64,000 nt of DNA from a virus (IMGVR_UViG_3300030744_000156:1-64000); one strand, 5' to 3'. Numbered from the stretch's first letter, positions 26,774-36,365 are shown. Notes: generated by a model from the sequence alone, not told the origin. A program made the numbers and translations.

Positions 26774-26827
26774 GCTCTTTTCTCATTCCGATCTTACCAT
26801 TCTGGCTGGGTTTCCCCTGGTCAGAGG

Positions 26828-26881
26828 TTGTCCACAGGTCGCACATAAGCGCTCCGCAAATGTGGATGGAAATGTGGACAA
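26828..26881. promoter_or_regulatory. DnaA-box cluster
   Basis: TTGTCCACA at 26828-26836, its inverse TGTGGACAA at 26873-26881, and degenerate TGTGGATGG at 26861-26869, in a lower-GC intergenic stretch. Confidence 0.65.
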
Positions 26882-26890
26882 CCCCGATTC

Positions 26891-27214
26891 TCACGCGGTT
26901 TCGCCTCTCTCCGTGCGCATCCGCACTCGCGCACCAGCAGTAATCGAACTGACTCCGCGCGCTCGCAGTCGGCGGTACTCGATCGGGTCGGCCAGCCACG
27001 CCAGCAGAGGTGCGGGCGGAACGTCGTCGGGCACCATCGCGGCCAGCACGAGCAGCAGGGCGTGCACACCGCGCACGCCAGCCAGGTCCTGCACCGCGGC
27101 GATGGTGTTCGCGATCGTGGCGGCGTCGCGTTCCCGTACCGCCCACACGATCTGGGAGGCGTGGTCGATGACGCCGTCGGTGAGCGGGTCACCAGTGAGA
27201 CTCGGCGCCGTCAC
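26891..27214 (-). CDS. Hypothetical protein
   Basis: ORF track. Confidence 0.6.
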   Translation of the reverse strand: MTAPSLTGDPLTDGVIDHASQIVWAVRERDAATIANTIAAVQDLAGVRGVHALLLVLAAMVPDDVPPAPLLAWLADPIEYRRLRARGVSSITAGARVRMRTERGETA

Positions 27215-27408
27215 GCCGCACCTGCTGTCTTCGCGACAGCGCGAACGAACGCTGCAATGCGGGTCTCGGTCATCGGCAACGGCTTGCGCTTCGGCGCCGG
27301 CCGCACCACGACGATCTTCCCGTCACGCACGTCGCTGACGACCAGCCACCAGAAGTCCATGTAGGGCATGAACTCGGCGGGCGCGGCGAACAACGGTTCC
27401 ATGGTCAT
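27211..27408 (-). CDS. Hypothetical protein
   Basis: ORF track, coupled. Confidence 0.5.
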   Translation of the reverse strand: MTMEPLFAAPAEFMPYMDFWWLVVSDVRDGKIVVVRPAPKRKPLPMTETRIAAFVRAVAKTAGAA

Positions 27409-27719
27409 GCCTCGCTCCTGCTGACTGAAGGAAAGTCGGAAGGTCGACAGCGCACGCCGGGGCAGCGCGAGGTGTAGTCCGGGCCGTTGCCGAAGTGCCA
27501 GCGAATCCGGCCCTTGTCGTCCAAGGCGCAGCCGTCACGCCTGCACCACGGGCAAGTGACGCGTTCGACATGACGGGCCGGTGCCAGCGGTGTCCAGTTG
27601 GCCACCTGCGAGTCGAAGTAGCGCCTGCCATCGCTCCCACGCCAGGGGCGGCCGAACGGGACCTCCACGCGGATCGCGACGACTGTGCCGTCCGGGCTCA
27701 GCCGGACCTCGGGCGTCAT
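27405..27719 (-). CDS. Hypothetical protein (Cys-containing)
   Basis: ATG start, coupled. Confidence 0.5.
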   Translation of the reverse strand: MTPEVRLSPDGTVVAIRVEVPFGRPWRGSDGRRYFDSQVANWTPLAPARHVERVTCPWCRRDGCALDDKGRIRWHFGNGPDYTSRCPGVRCRPSDFPSVSRSEA

Positions 27720-28231
27720 GCCGCAAGCTCCCACTCGGCTTGCAGCGGGTGCTGCTTGGCCGGAACCCAACCGGTCTCGCCCGGCATCTGGTACTCCTCA
27801 CGCCCGAACCGACGCACGGGCCAGTCCTCGGGGCGGATGTTCATGGGCACCAGCCATCCGTCGATGTAGGCCTGCTTGCGGGCTGCGGCTTCCACGGCTT
27901 GATGACAGCCGCCGCGCGAGGTCGCCGACCCGCACAGCAGCACCAGGTTCACCAGCGCGTGCGGGTCCGCTTTCGATCCGCCCATGCCTCGCGGGTCCCG
28001 GTGATGCCGGCTGAACGGGCCGGTGCCGATCAGCCGCCCGCACCTCTGGCACTGCGGCCAGCCGTGGTGCTGGTCGCGGTCGCGGATGGCGTCCTTGACG
28101 GCGTCGGGGATGACCGTTGAGGCACTGGCCTTGCGGGACTTCGTGGTGCCAGTGCGCTTGAGGCTGCTGTTCGAGCGGAGTTCGGTGTGGCGCTTCAGTG
28201 GCTTGCCAGGCTTCAACGGGGTGCGCTTCAC
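27716..28231 (-). CDS. HNH endonuclease-like protein
   Basis: CQRC...HHRDPRGMGGS...NLVLLCGSATSRGGCH. Confidence 0.8.
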   Translation of the reverse strand: MKRTPLKPGKPLKRHTELRSNSSLKRTGTTKSRKASASTVIPDAVKDAIRDRDQHHGWPQCQRCGRLIGTGPFSRHHRDPRGMGGSKADPHALVNLVLLCGSATSRGGCHQAVEAAARKQAYIDGWLVPMNIRPEDWPVRRFGREEYQMPGETGWVPAKQHPLQAEWELAA

Positions 28232-28452
28232 GCTCCACCGCCAGTGATCACGCCGTTCAGCTCGTAGCCGTAGGCGGTGACTTCCTCGCCGCTGTCGAGC
28301 CGAACATCCCAGGTGCCTTCGTCGCGGTCGTCCAAGCCGATGACGCGGCCGAGTTCGCCGTGCCACGGGTGGCCCTCGCTGTCGATCTCCACGCGGTCGT
28401 CTGGGTCCCATGCGGACGCGGGGTAGACCCATCCCGGCTCTGGCTCGTTCAT
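28228..28452 (-). CDS. Small SH3/KOW-like protein
   Basis: DRVEI...GRVIG...WDVRLDSGEEV beta-barrel pattern. Confidence 0.5.
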   Translation of the reverse strand: MNEPEPGWVYPASAWDPDDRVEIDSEGHPWHGELGRVIGLDDRDEGTWDVRLDSGEEVTAYGYELNGVITGGGA

Positions 28453-28922
28453 GCCCTCACTCCCCACTTCCGGGCCCGACGCAACGCCTCGTAGGTGAAC
28501 CGATGCACCGGCAACGACGGCATCGGGTGCCGTTCAGCGAACGACAGGTGGAACCGCATCGACGTGTCGTACAGCGACGTGATGTCGTGCACCGGGGCCA
28601 TGAAGTACGACGGCCGCCGACTGGTCAGCTCGGCCAGCCGCACGATCTGTTCCCACGTCGGGTAGAGACGTCCGGCTTCCCAGTTGTCCACGGCGGGTTC
28701 TTGGACACCGCACGCCCAGTCGACCTGCGGCCCGTGGAGGTCTGCGCCGTCGAGCGCCATGGTGATGTGCGCCGGAACGACCAAACCCATGAGCCACTTC
28801 TGTCGGGCCTGTTCGTCCTCGACCTGCTGCTGTTCCATGACACGGCGGTGGAATCCGCGTGCGCTGCGCCGCCGCCGTGCTGACTCGGTGTCGCGGCGGC
28901 CCCACTTCGGCTGGTCGGTCAC
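28449..28922 (-). CDS. XRE-like HTH protein
   Basis: QVDWACGVQEPAVDNWEAGRLYPTWEQIVRLAEL. Confidence 0.65.
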   Translation of the reverse strand: MTDQPKWGRRDTESARRRRSARGFHRRVMEQQQVEDEQARQKWLMGLVVPAHITMALDGADLHGPQVDWACGVQEPAVDNWEAGRLYPTWEQIVRLAELTSRRPSYFMAPVHDITSLYDTSMRFHLSFAERHPMPSLPVHRFTYEALRRARKWGVRA

Positions 28923-29365
28923 GACGCAGCCTCGTTCGCGATGCGCAGCAACACGTCGGCGTGGCACGGCTGATTGGGCGAGCACCAGCAGACGAGGTCC
29001 TTGCCGCACAACTCCTCACGAGTGGCGTCCACGTCGAACCGGGTCTTCCAGTCCAGCGGCCACCCACCGCCACGCACGTACGCCTCGAAGCACAGCACCG
29101 ACTGCTCGGGCGTCATGGCGTAGACGTGGCACGGGATGATCCGGCCGTCCGGGTGGTAGTACGGGTGCAATGCTCCTGCCGCGCTGATCCGCCCCTCGTA
29201 CTCCCACGGCTTGTCCGGGTAAGTGACGGTGGGGATTCGGACCAGCCCGGACGGCGAGCCGATGGCGAAGGGGTTGCCCCACTTCGTTGGGCGCCCGACG
29301 TACACGGCGCCCACAGGCATCCGCCAGCCCTTGGTGCGCTTGCGCTGGATCCGCTGCGGCGTCAC
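28919..29365 (-). CDS. DUF4326 protein
   Basis: RIQRKRTKGWRMP, VYVGRPTKWGNPF, LCGKDLVCWC, CHADVL. Confidence 0.88.
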   Translation of the reverse strand: MTPQRIQRKRTKGWRMPVGAVYVGRPTKWGNPFAIGSPSGLVRIPTVTYPDKPWEYEGRISAAGALHPYYHPDGRIIPCHVYAMTPEQSVLCFEAYVRGGGWPLDWKTRFDVDATREELCGKDLVCWCSPNQPCHADVLLRIANEAAS

Positions 29366-29721
29366 GTCAGGCTCCCTTCGAAGTGCAGGAGGTCCATTGC
29401 GGCCAGCGCGTCCCGTGCCGCGTTCAGCCCGTCAGGGTCGAACAGGCCCGCCACGTCGACGGCCAACCGCGAGAGGGCGTCGAGATCCCGCAGGTCGTCA
29501 TCGATCCGGGCGGCGGTGACGAGATGGAAGGCGCGGCGCAACGCCATCCGCAGCGCCGCGTCGTGGGCGCGTGCACCGCTGGCGAGCAGCGCCCGCACTG
29601 CCGGATCACCGGCCTGGCACGGGCACTCCAGGCAGCACGGGCAGTCCGGGGTGGGGCGGTGGCCACCGCAGCACACGGTGACCACCCGTCCTGTGTCCGG
29701 AACGGCAGGAAGGCCATTCAC
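29362..29721 (-). CDS. Hypothetical Cys-rich protein
   Basis: GTG start, coupled. Confidence 0.5.
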   Translation of the reverse strand: MNGLPAVPDTGRVVTVCCGGHRPTPDCPCCLECPCQAGDPAVRALLASGARAHDAALRMALRRAFHLVTAARIDDDLRDLDALSRLAVDVAGLFDPDGLNAARDALAAMDLLHFEGSLT

Positions 29722-30749
29722 GACTGCCCCTGCTTCCACGCCGCTTCGCGAGCGCAGTACGTGCACGACTCCTCGGGGTCGGTGTGCAGCTTGTCGTGCG
29801 CCTCACCTGCGGTGTCGCCCTGGCAGGTCTCGCACTCCGACGACCAGGCCTGGCCGAGGCCGTGCCCATTGGCGTGCGTCGCCTCGACGACCTCGCCGTC
29901 CACGGTGGAATCGGGGTCGGGTCGTTCGCCGTGCAGCATGGCGTCCGGGTTCGGCGTGAGATCCACGCGCACGGTGCCGTCCGCAGCGATCGCAGCCGCG
30001 AGCTCGGTGGACTTCGGCATCCACTTTGCGAGCTTCAGAAACGCGGTCTTCATGGCCATGGCGTCGAAGTCGTCGCGCCACGGTCCGGTGAAGTAGGTCT
30101 CGCCGCTCTGCTTGTCGGTGCCCTTGGCCATCGCGAACTTGTCGCGGTGCTCGATCGCTTCGGTCTTCGACAGGTGCACGAAGCTGTAGCCGCCGTTGGT
30201 GTACTTGACTACCGCGTAGTAGTGGGCAGGCTCGCCGCGGGGGCCGTCGAGGAACGGCTTGTGGATGAGGGTGTCCTCGATGCCGTAGCGGACGTCGTAC
30301 TCGTCGTTCTCGTGAACTACACGGGCGATGACGCTCGCAACCTGTGGCGCACGCTGGGCAAGTTCCCGGTAGCCCTGGTAGCCGAGGACGAGTTGCGCGC
30401 GGAAGCCGCCCTTCGGCCGGCCTTCACCGTTGTCGCGGTTCTTGTCCCAGAACGGCAGTAGCCACGCGTGCCCCAGCACGCCGACTCGCAGGCTGAGCTG
30501 GGCGCAGGTCATCAACCCGCCCAGCACTGAGAGCCGGTCGCAGCGCTCCAGCTTCGGCGTGGTCCGCAACGCGGTGAGTGCGTCGCGCACGAGCTGCGCA
30601 GCCTCTGCCCCCTTCGGCATGGCGGCCGAGAACTGCTCTTCCATCGCCTTGATGTACTGGCCCAGCGTCAGGTCCTCGTCGCGCGTGGCGACCTCGGTGC
30701 CGACGTTGTTCGCGCGCCCGTTGACGCGTTCCTTCAGGTTGCTGCCCAT
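29718..30749 (-). CDS. recT: RecT-family single-strand annealing protein
   Basis: GLMTCAQLSL..GVLGHAWLLPF, QLVLGYQGY, YYAVVK, FDAMAMKT, L.KWMPKS. Confidence 0.92.
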   Translation of the reverse strand: MGSNLKERVNGRANNVGTEVATRDEDLTLGQYIKAMEEQFSAAMPKGAEAAQLVRDALTALRTTPKLERCDRLSVLGGLMTCAQLSLRVGVLGHAWLLPFWDKNRDNGEGRPKGGFRAQLVLGYQGYRELAQRAPQVASVIARVVHENDEYDVRYGIEDTLIHKPFLDGPRGEPAHYYAVVKYTNGGYSFVHLSKTEAIEHRDKFAMAKGTDKQSGETYFTGPWRDDFDAMAMKTAFLKLAKWMPKSTELAAAIAADGTVRVDLTPNPDAMLHGERPDPDSTVDGEVVEATHANGHGLGQAWSSECETCQGDTAGEAHDKLHTDPEESCTYCAREAAWKQGQS

Positions 30750-30762
30750 CGTGTCCTCCCCC

Positions 30763-31806
30763 TCAACTGGTGAAGCGCAGTTCGCGCGTGCAGAACTGGC
30801 GGTAGATGTCGGGTTCGTTCTCGGCGAGCGCGTCGAGGTCGAGCACGGTGGCCGCCTTCTGGTACTTCGCCCACATCTCCGGGCATGCCTTGCGGAACGC
30901 GGCGTGCTTGAACCGGTCGGTGTGCAGCCACGTCCAGACGGTGGTGTCGTCACACATCAGGCGCTCCGACGGGCCGAGAAGCATCCGGACTCGGTTCTTC
31001 ACCGCCTCGTGCTCCTTTTCGGCCTTCTTCTCAGCTGCAGTCGCCTTCTCCCGCGCGGCAACGAGTTCGTCTCGTACGACCGCTGGAATTTCGACGGCGT
31101 CAGCGCCGGGATCGGACAGGCCGTACCGCTCCGTCAGCAGCGACGTGCACGCCTTGCCGCCGTCTACAGGGGGCTGGACGTCGGCGAGGACGTGGTTGTG
31201 CCAGAAGTCCTGTGAGATCAGCACGAGGTCGCCGATCAGGTCGTTGTCGCGCTGCACGAATCGCACGACGTTGCGCTGTCCGCCGATCAGGCACGCCACC
31301 CACCAGCCGGCCAGTCCGGTGACGGCCATGCACCACTGGGCTTGCAGCTCGGCGTGGTCGGGGATCAGGGGTTCCTGTTCGGTTCCCCACTCGTGGGCCT
31401 TCCACAGGCTGCACGTCTTGCCCTCGTAGCCGTTGCCGTCGGAGCAGATGCCGTCGGGGTTGGCGAGCATCCACGGGAAGCGGGTGGAGCGCAGCATCCC
31501 AGTCGGCCAGACGGTCACCTCGTGGACGCGAGCAAACCGATCGCGAACCACCGGCTCCAGTAGCGTGCCCATCTCCGCAGCCTCGGACTGCTCGTCGACG
31601 AGCGGCAGCTTCCCAGTCTTGTCCTCCCACAACTCGTACGCGGACACGTAGTTGCTCATCCCGACGAGCGCGGAGATGTCCGAGCCGCCGAGCCCGGATC
31701 GGCGAGCCGCGAGCCACTCGTAGCGATTCGCGTCAGGACCGAGGATCTGGATCGCGTCAGCCGGGTCGATACCGCCGGTGGCGCGTCCTTCTGCAACTGC
31801 GGTCAT
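30763..31806 (-). CDS. YqaJ-like (lambda-type) exonuclease
   Basis: WLAARRSGLGGSD, G..LEP, ANPDG, YEGKT, QAQWCMAVTG. Confidence 0.92.
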   Translation of the reverse strand: MTAVAEGRATGGIDPADAIQILGPDANRYEWLAARRSGLGGSDISALVGMSNYVSAYELWEDKTGKLPLVDEQSEAAEMGTLLEPVVRDRFARVHEVTVWPTGMLRSTRFPWMLANPDGICSDGNGYEGKTCSLWKAHEWGTEQEPLIPDHAELQAQWCMAVTGLAGWWVACLIGGQRNVVRFVQRDNDLIGDLVLISQDFWHNHVLADVQPPVDGGKACTSLLTERYGLSDPGADAVEIPAVVRDELVAAREKATAAEKKAEKEHEAVKNRVRMLLGPSERLMCDDTTVWTWLHTDRFKHAAFRKACPEMWAKYQKAATVLDLDALAENEPDIYRQFCTRELRFTS

Positions 31807-32564
31807 GCCTCAGCTCCCACCCGCTCGAAGGGAACGATCGGCCAGAACCGAGGGATCGACACGTCCTCGCCCTGCCCGCGTTTGAACGCCTCGAAGTTGG
31901 CCGCCCAGCGGGAGTGCGCTTCCCGCTGCCAGACCTGCAACTGATCGATGTCCATCCGCCCAGCGGGAGTGCGCTTCCCGAGACACCAGGCGACTCGCGC
32001 GGCGGCCATGCAGTCGCCAGCGGAGGTGTGCGCCTCGTCTTCGGTGAGCGTGACCCGGTGATGGCGCGCGACGTCGACGAGTTTCCGTGAGCCCTTGCGG
32101 CGGGAGGTGGCGCGGTCGATCACCAGCGGGTCAATCACCCGCAGCGGAACACGCGCGGCGCCGAGCGGTTCGATGCCGTGGCGGCGGCACTCACGGTCCA
32201 ACAGGGTGAGGTCGTACGGGGCATTGAAAATCACCAGCGGGCGGCCCTCGTACATCGACTCCACCAGCGCGTCCCGGATCTCCACGATCGCCTTCGCGGC
32301 CGGAGTGCCGTGTGCACGGGCGTGCTCAGTGGTGATGCTGTGCACTGCGGTCGCTTCGGCGGGGATCTCCTCGCCGTCCACATCGGTCAGCCACGACCGG
32401 ACGCGTGGCGTCGAGCCGACGATCGTCACGACCGAGGCGGTGACGATGCGCGCGGACTCGGTGTCCACGCCGGTGGATTCGATGTCGAACGCAGTCATGG
32501 GCTCGTCGGCCCACGTGCGCGCAGGTGGATCGGATGCAGCGGGTATGCCATCCTGGGCGTGCAT
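31803..32564 (-). CDS. DEDDh 3'-5' exonuclease (DnaQ-like)
   Basis: AFDIESTGVD, HSIT, IFNAPYDL, VIDP, AHTSAGD. Confidence 0.9.
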   Translation of the reverse strand: MHAQDGIPAASDPPARTWADEPMTAFDIESTGVDTESARIVTASVVTIVGSTPRVRSWLTDVDGEEIPAEATAVHSITTEHARAHGTPAAKAIVEIRDALVESMYEGRPLVIFNAPYDLTLLDRECRRHGIEPLGAARVPLRVIDPLVIDRATSRRKGSRKLVDVARHHRVTLTEDEAHTSAGDCMAAARVAWCLGKRTPAGRMDIDQLQVWQREAHSRWAANFEAFKRGQGEDVSIPRFWPIVPFERVGAEA

Positions 32565-32667
32565 AGGGTGTTGTCTCCCTAAGTTCTGTGGCGATTGGTT
32601 GGCCGTCTGCGATGCCGGGTGCGAGCCGGCGTGGTGGACGGCCTTCGTCGTGTTGGTGAAGCAGCGG

Positions 32668-32970
32668 TCATCCAGCCTTGGGGGGACGACGCGGCTGCCG
32701 CGCTCGAAGCGGGACGACCTGCTCGGTGGGCGCGGGGCGCGCCTGGGTACGACGGCGCGGTGCGACAGTCGCGGCCCCCGGCACCGCTTCGGGTCGCTGT
32801 TCGAAGATCTCCAGGATCTCCGCCAGGTGTTCGTCCTTGAACCGGTAGGCGCCGCCGACACGAACGAACGGGATCTCACGGCGACGTGCGCGTTCCTTCA
32901 CCCACCACTCGGAGCACCCGAGCGAGCCAGCGATTTCCTTGGGTGTGCGCAGGCGGGGCAGCTCGGTCAT
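32668..32970 (-). CDS. Excisionase-like HTH protein
   Basis: LRTPKEIAGSLGCSEWWVKERARRREIPFVRVGGAYRF. Confidence 0.8.
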   Translation of the reverse strand: MTELPRLRTPKEIAGSLGCSEWWVKERARRREIPFVRVGGAYRFKDEHLAEILEIFEQRPEAVPGAATVAPRRRTQARPAPTEQVVPLRARQPRRPPKAG

Positions 32971-33005
32971 CAGCGACCACTCCACTCGCCAGAAGGCGCG
33001 TTCGC

Positions 33006-33035
33006 CGTCCGGTTTGACAAAATCAAAACCGGACG
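33006..33035. promoter_or_regulatory. Palindromic operator copy (contains TTGACA)
   Basis: CGTCCGGTTT-N10-AAACCGGACG upstream of xis. Confidence 0.7.
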
Positions 33036-33100
33036 ATCCGCGTACGCCTGATCACCGTTTGTCGCGCAGATAGCCTCCGGGGTGTACAGCGCGTCGCTGG

Positions 33101-33367
33101 TCATGCCGCGAGGTCTTCCATCTGAAGCGAGGTGCGAGGCTCGATGAATAGGAAGCTGGTCTCTACCTTGAGCAGCTCGGCGAACTTCTCGGCGGTGTTG
33201 ACCGCGACGTCGACCATCTTGCCGCTGGTGAAGCGGTGTGCGGTGTCAGCTGTTACCCGAGACTTCCGCGCCAGGTCATTGACGCCGTTGATGCCGCGCA
33301 GCGTCATGAGTGCCTGGATCACCGCCGGCTGGGCGTAGAGACGGAGGTACGGTCCCTTCGGTCTCAT
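33101..33367 (-). CDS. Cro-like XRE HTH regulator
   Basis: VNDLARKSRVTADTAHRFTSGK...AEKFAELLKV; divergent from the repressor. Confidence 0.7.
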   Translation of the reverse strand: MRPKGPYLRLYAQPAVIQALMTLRGINGVNDLARKSRVTADTAHRFTSGKMVDVAVNTAEKFAELLKVETSFLFIEPRTSLQMEDLAA

Positions 33368-33414
33368 GTGGACCCTCTCGTTCACTTTTGACGGGCCCTG
33401 ACCGTATGTCCGAC

Positions 33415-33466
33415 CGTCCGATCTAGCAACCCGCAGAATCGGACGGTTATCGGATGGTTATCGGAT
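33415..33466. promoter_or_regulatory. Immunity-region operator variant plus tandem half-sites
   Basis: CGTCCGATCT-N11-GAATCGGACG (33415-33445), with GGTTATCGGAT twice at 33445-33466. Confidence 0.6.
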
Positions 33467-33615
33467 GCCCGGCCGACCGTTCGGCCCCTCCTGAACAGGT
33501 TCAGACGGCCTAGCAGCGAAAACCCCGCGTTGGCGATGCCCGCCGATCATGGGACACTCCGAAACGCATCCACCCGCGCAGGGATGCACACACCCCACAC
33601 TTCGGAGGCTGCGCC

Positions 33616-34062
33616 GTGGGCAAGAACCTCAGCGACTACCTCGCCACCAACGAACGCACCCAGGACATGTCGACCGCCGAGTTCGGCAGACTTGTCGGCA
33701 TCTCCAAGAGCCAAGCCGCTGAGATCCTCGCCGGCCGATCCACCCCTGGGCCGCAGACGCTGCGGAAGATCGCCGCCGCGTTCCCTGACGTACCGCTCGC
33801 GACCCTGGAAGAGAGGGTGCTGCTCGACACCCCGTTCGAGTTGCAGGAGGGTGCGCAGCTGCTGAACTTGAAGCAGCGGGCGTTCATCCGGGGCGCGGTC
33901 GACCTGCTGCTGGAGTCATCCGGGAAGACTGAGCGAGTCCAGCATCTGAAGCCAGAAGAGCTGGAAGAGCTCCGGCGTCTCGCATCCGGGAATGTCGTGA
34001 GCCTGCATCCGCAGACGGAGCGAGTGAGCAAGGCCGCCTACGACCCACCCGACGACGAGTAG
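33616..34062 (+). CDS. Immunity repressor, XRE HTH
   Basis: MSTAEFGRLVGISKSQAAEILAGRSTPGPQTLRKIAAAF; upstream of ImmA-like gene and integrase. Confidence 0.8.
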   Translation: MGKNLSDYLATNERTQDMSTAEFGRLVGISKSQAAEILAGRSTPGPQTLRKIAAAFPDVPLATLEERVLLDTPFELQEGAQLLNLKQRAFIRGAVDLLLESSGKTERVQHLKPEELEELRRLASGNVVSLHPQTERVSKAAYDPPDDE

Positions 34063-34179
34063 CTACGCGTCGTTACTTGTATGCGGCAACCCTCACCCGG
34101 AAGCACCAACGCGGGGGTTACGTCGAACGCCTAATTCGACGCCAGGTTACTCCGCAACGGTGAACCACCCCCAGAATGT

Positions 34180-34632
34180 TTGCCGGAGCACGTAACAGGC
34201 ATCACCCGGCCGGTCGATGAGCGGCGCGTGCACCACATTCCGCCGCTCCTCCACTTGCTCGACACACTGCTCGGTCACGCGCAGGACGTCACCATCCGCC
34301 GTGGCTTCCCCGACGTTGGGCTCGCCGAAGTCGACTTCGCCGCCCGACTCATCACCCTCGGACACGGCCTGACTCTCGGCCAGACGCACGTAGCGCTCGC
34401 GCACGAACTGTTCCACCTTCTCCGCGGCCCCGCCCTGATAGGCCGAGAGCAAGAGGAAGAGGTGGCGGTGCACACAGAAGTCGCGCGGCTGCTTGTCCCC
34501 AGGCATGAGCTGCCTGCCATCCTGCATGGTGCCAACCCCACCGAGATTGCCGAACGCCTCGTAATCGATCGGCACACCGCGCGCCTCGCTCTCGATCTCG
34601 CGCGCGCGGAGGATGCGACAGGAGCCGCCTGA
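34180..34632 (+). CDS. ImmA/IrrE-like metallopeptidase (start uncertain)
   Basis: ALAHELFH (HExxH), EE...ARLLVP, IAERL; TGATG coupled to int. Confidence 0.7.
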   Translation: MPEHVTGITRPVDERRVHHIPPLLHLLDTLLGHAQDVTIRRGFPDVGLAEVDFAARLITLGHGLTLGQTHVALAHELFHLLRGPALIGREQEEEVAVHTEVARLLVPRHELPAILHGANPTEIAERLVIDRHTARLALDLARAEDATGAA

Positions 34633-36215
34633 TGGGCTACGCGGAGAAACGCACCGGCAAAGACGGCCCGTACTACCGAGCCCGATACAAGATCGCCCCT
34701 GGCAGATACGGCACCGTCACCGATCCCGCAGGCGCAACGATCAGGTACCGCACGAAACGCGACGCCGAAAAAGCAGCGAACGACGAAGAAGCCAAGGTCC
34801 GCGCCGGCACCTGGCGCGACGTCGCCACCAGCAAGACGCCGTTCATCAACTACGCGTCACGTTGGTACTCGGCACAAGACCTGGCCCTGTCGACGATGGA
34901 GAGCTACAAGTCCAGCCTCGAGGTGCACCTGCTGCCGTTCTTCGGAGAGATGGAGCTCGGCGCGATCACCGCGCTCGACATCGCCGAGTGGGAGAAGGCG
35001 GAGCGGGCGGCCGGCTACAAGCCGGGCAGCATCGGGGGCTGGCGACGCACCCTTCACCTGGTCCTCGCGGACGCCGTCGACGACGAGCTGATCCCCTCGA
35101 ACCCGGCGACGAAACGCCGGGGCCGCGGCAAGCGGGCGGGCCGCACGCCCGACCGCGGTCCGGAGAAGACCATCACCGACCCGCTCGGCGCGCTGCTGCT
35201 CGCGGAGCGGACCGCACTGCTGGCCGGCCGCGACGACGAGTTCGTTGCGACGGTCCTGCTCTTCTACACCGGAATGCGGTGGGGCGAGCTCGTCGGTCTC
35301 GAGACGGAGTTCGCGCGGCTGCGGAGCCTCCGGATCGAGTGGCAGCTGTATCAGCTCAGCTCAAGCGAGTTGCACCGCTGCCCGCCCAAGGACGACTCGT
35401 ACCGCACGGTCGATACTCCGGCGTGGTTGTCCAGGCTGGTGTCCGACCACATCTCCCGCACCGCGCCGAGCCCATGCCCCTGTCACGGCCGGACATACGT
35501 GTTCCAGGGCTTGGGTGCGGCGAACGGCGCGGCACATCGTCCTGGCGCGAAACTCGTCGACGTCGCGCGCCGTGCGGGAGTGTCGACCGGCACCGTGTCG
35601 AACGTGCTCAACCACCCGGAGCGGGTCGCCGACGACACACTGCAGCGCGTGCAGGACGCGATCGCCGAGCTCGGCTTCATCCGCGGCACGAGCGGCGGGG
35701 AGACGGCCGCGCACTGGCGGCGCAACGGGTTCGCCACGTGGCTGTTCCAGCCCGCGGCCACCGGCTGGTACCCGAAGAAGTCTCCGCACGACGCCCACCC
35801 CGTGCCGGTGATCGGCGAGCCGTGGCCCGGGGTGCCGGCCCGCGGACGCAACGCCGCTGGACGCGCCACCGCATCCTGGCTTCCCATCGCCAGCGGCCTC
35901 ACCCCGCACGGGATGCGGCACAGCCACAAGACCCGGATGCTCGGGCTCGGCACGCCGACGAAGCTGATGGACGATCGTCTCGGGCACCTCGATGGCTCGA
36001 TCCAGGGCCGCTACTCCCACGTGACCCAGGAGATGCGCGACCGACTGCTTGAGGGGCTGACCGCGGAGTGGGAGGCGTCGCTGGACGCACGGCTCGCGAT
36101 GAGCCCGCGGTCGCCGGTCGGTGTGCTTGACGAGTTGCTGCGTGCACGTGCCCGCAAGGTCAGCGAGAGCGTCCGGGACGAGGTGCAGTGGGGGATTCGC
36201 GGGGTGGCCCGATAG
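34632..36215 (+). CDS. int: Tyrosine integrase with inserted LacI-type HTH
   Basis: Catalytic R (GMRWGE), HGMRH, LGH, RYSH; insertion KLVDVARRAGVSTGTVSNVLNHPERV. Confidence 0.92.
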   Translation: MGYAEKRTGKDGPYYRARYKIAPGRYGTVTDPAGATIRYRTKRDAEKAANDEEAKVRAGTWRDVATSKTPFINYASRWYSAQDLALSTMESYKSSLEVHLLPFFGEMELGAITALDIAEWEKAERAAGYKPGSIGGWRRTLHLVLADAVDDELIPSNPATKRRGRGKRAGRTPDRGPEKTITDPLGALLLAERTALLAGRDDEFVATVLLFYTGMRWGELVGLETEFARLRSLRIEWQLYQLSSSELHRCPPKDDSYRTVDTPAWLSRLVSDHISRTAPSPCPCHGRTYVFQGLGAANGAAHRPGAKLVDVARRAGVSTGTVSNVLNHPERVADDTLQRVQDAIAELGFIRGTSGGETAAHWRRNGFATWLFQPAATGWYPKKSPHDAHPVPVIGEPWPGVPARGRNAAGRATASWLPIASGLTPHGMRHSHKTRMLGLGTPTKLMDDRLGHLDGSIQGRYSHVTQEMRDRLLEGLTAEWEASLDARLAMSPRSPVGVLDELLRARARKVSESVRDEVQWGIRGVAR

Positions 36216-36270
36216 CGGCCAAGGCCATGATCGTCTCCCCAGATTCTCCCCAGAGCCCCAGTGAGACGAA

Positions 36271-36307
36271 TCAGGGCCGGTTTCCCGTTTCCGGAAACCG
36301 GCCCTGA
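36271..36307 (-). terminator. 15-bp hairpin downstream of the tRNA fragment
   Basis: TCAGGGCCGGTTTCC / GGAAACCGGCCCTGA. Confidence 0.65.
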
Positions 36308-36322
36308 CCTGCTGTTTCGACC

Positions 36323-36365
36323 GTCGGGACGACAGGATTTGAACCTGCGACCCCTTGACCCCCAG
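36323..36365 (-). pseudogene. 3' half of tRNA-Pro(GGG) (att core), not a full tRNA
   Basis: Reverse complement CTGGGGGTCAAGGGGTCGCAGGTTCAAATCCTGTCGTCCCGAC = anticodon loop, T arm and acceptor 3' strand; no 5' half upstream. Confidence 0.85.

Noticed and set aside
36323-36365. Complete tRNA-Pro gene
   Set aside because: Only the anticodon loop to 3' end is present; the upstream sequence cannot form the D arm or 5' acceptor strand. Treated as the att core.
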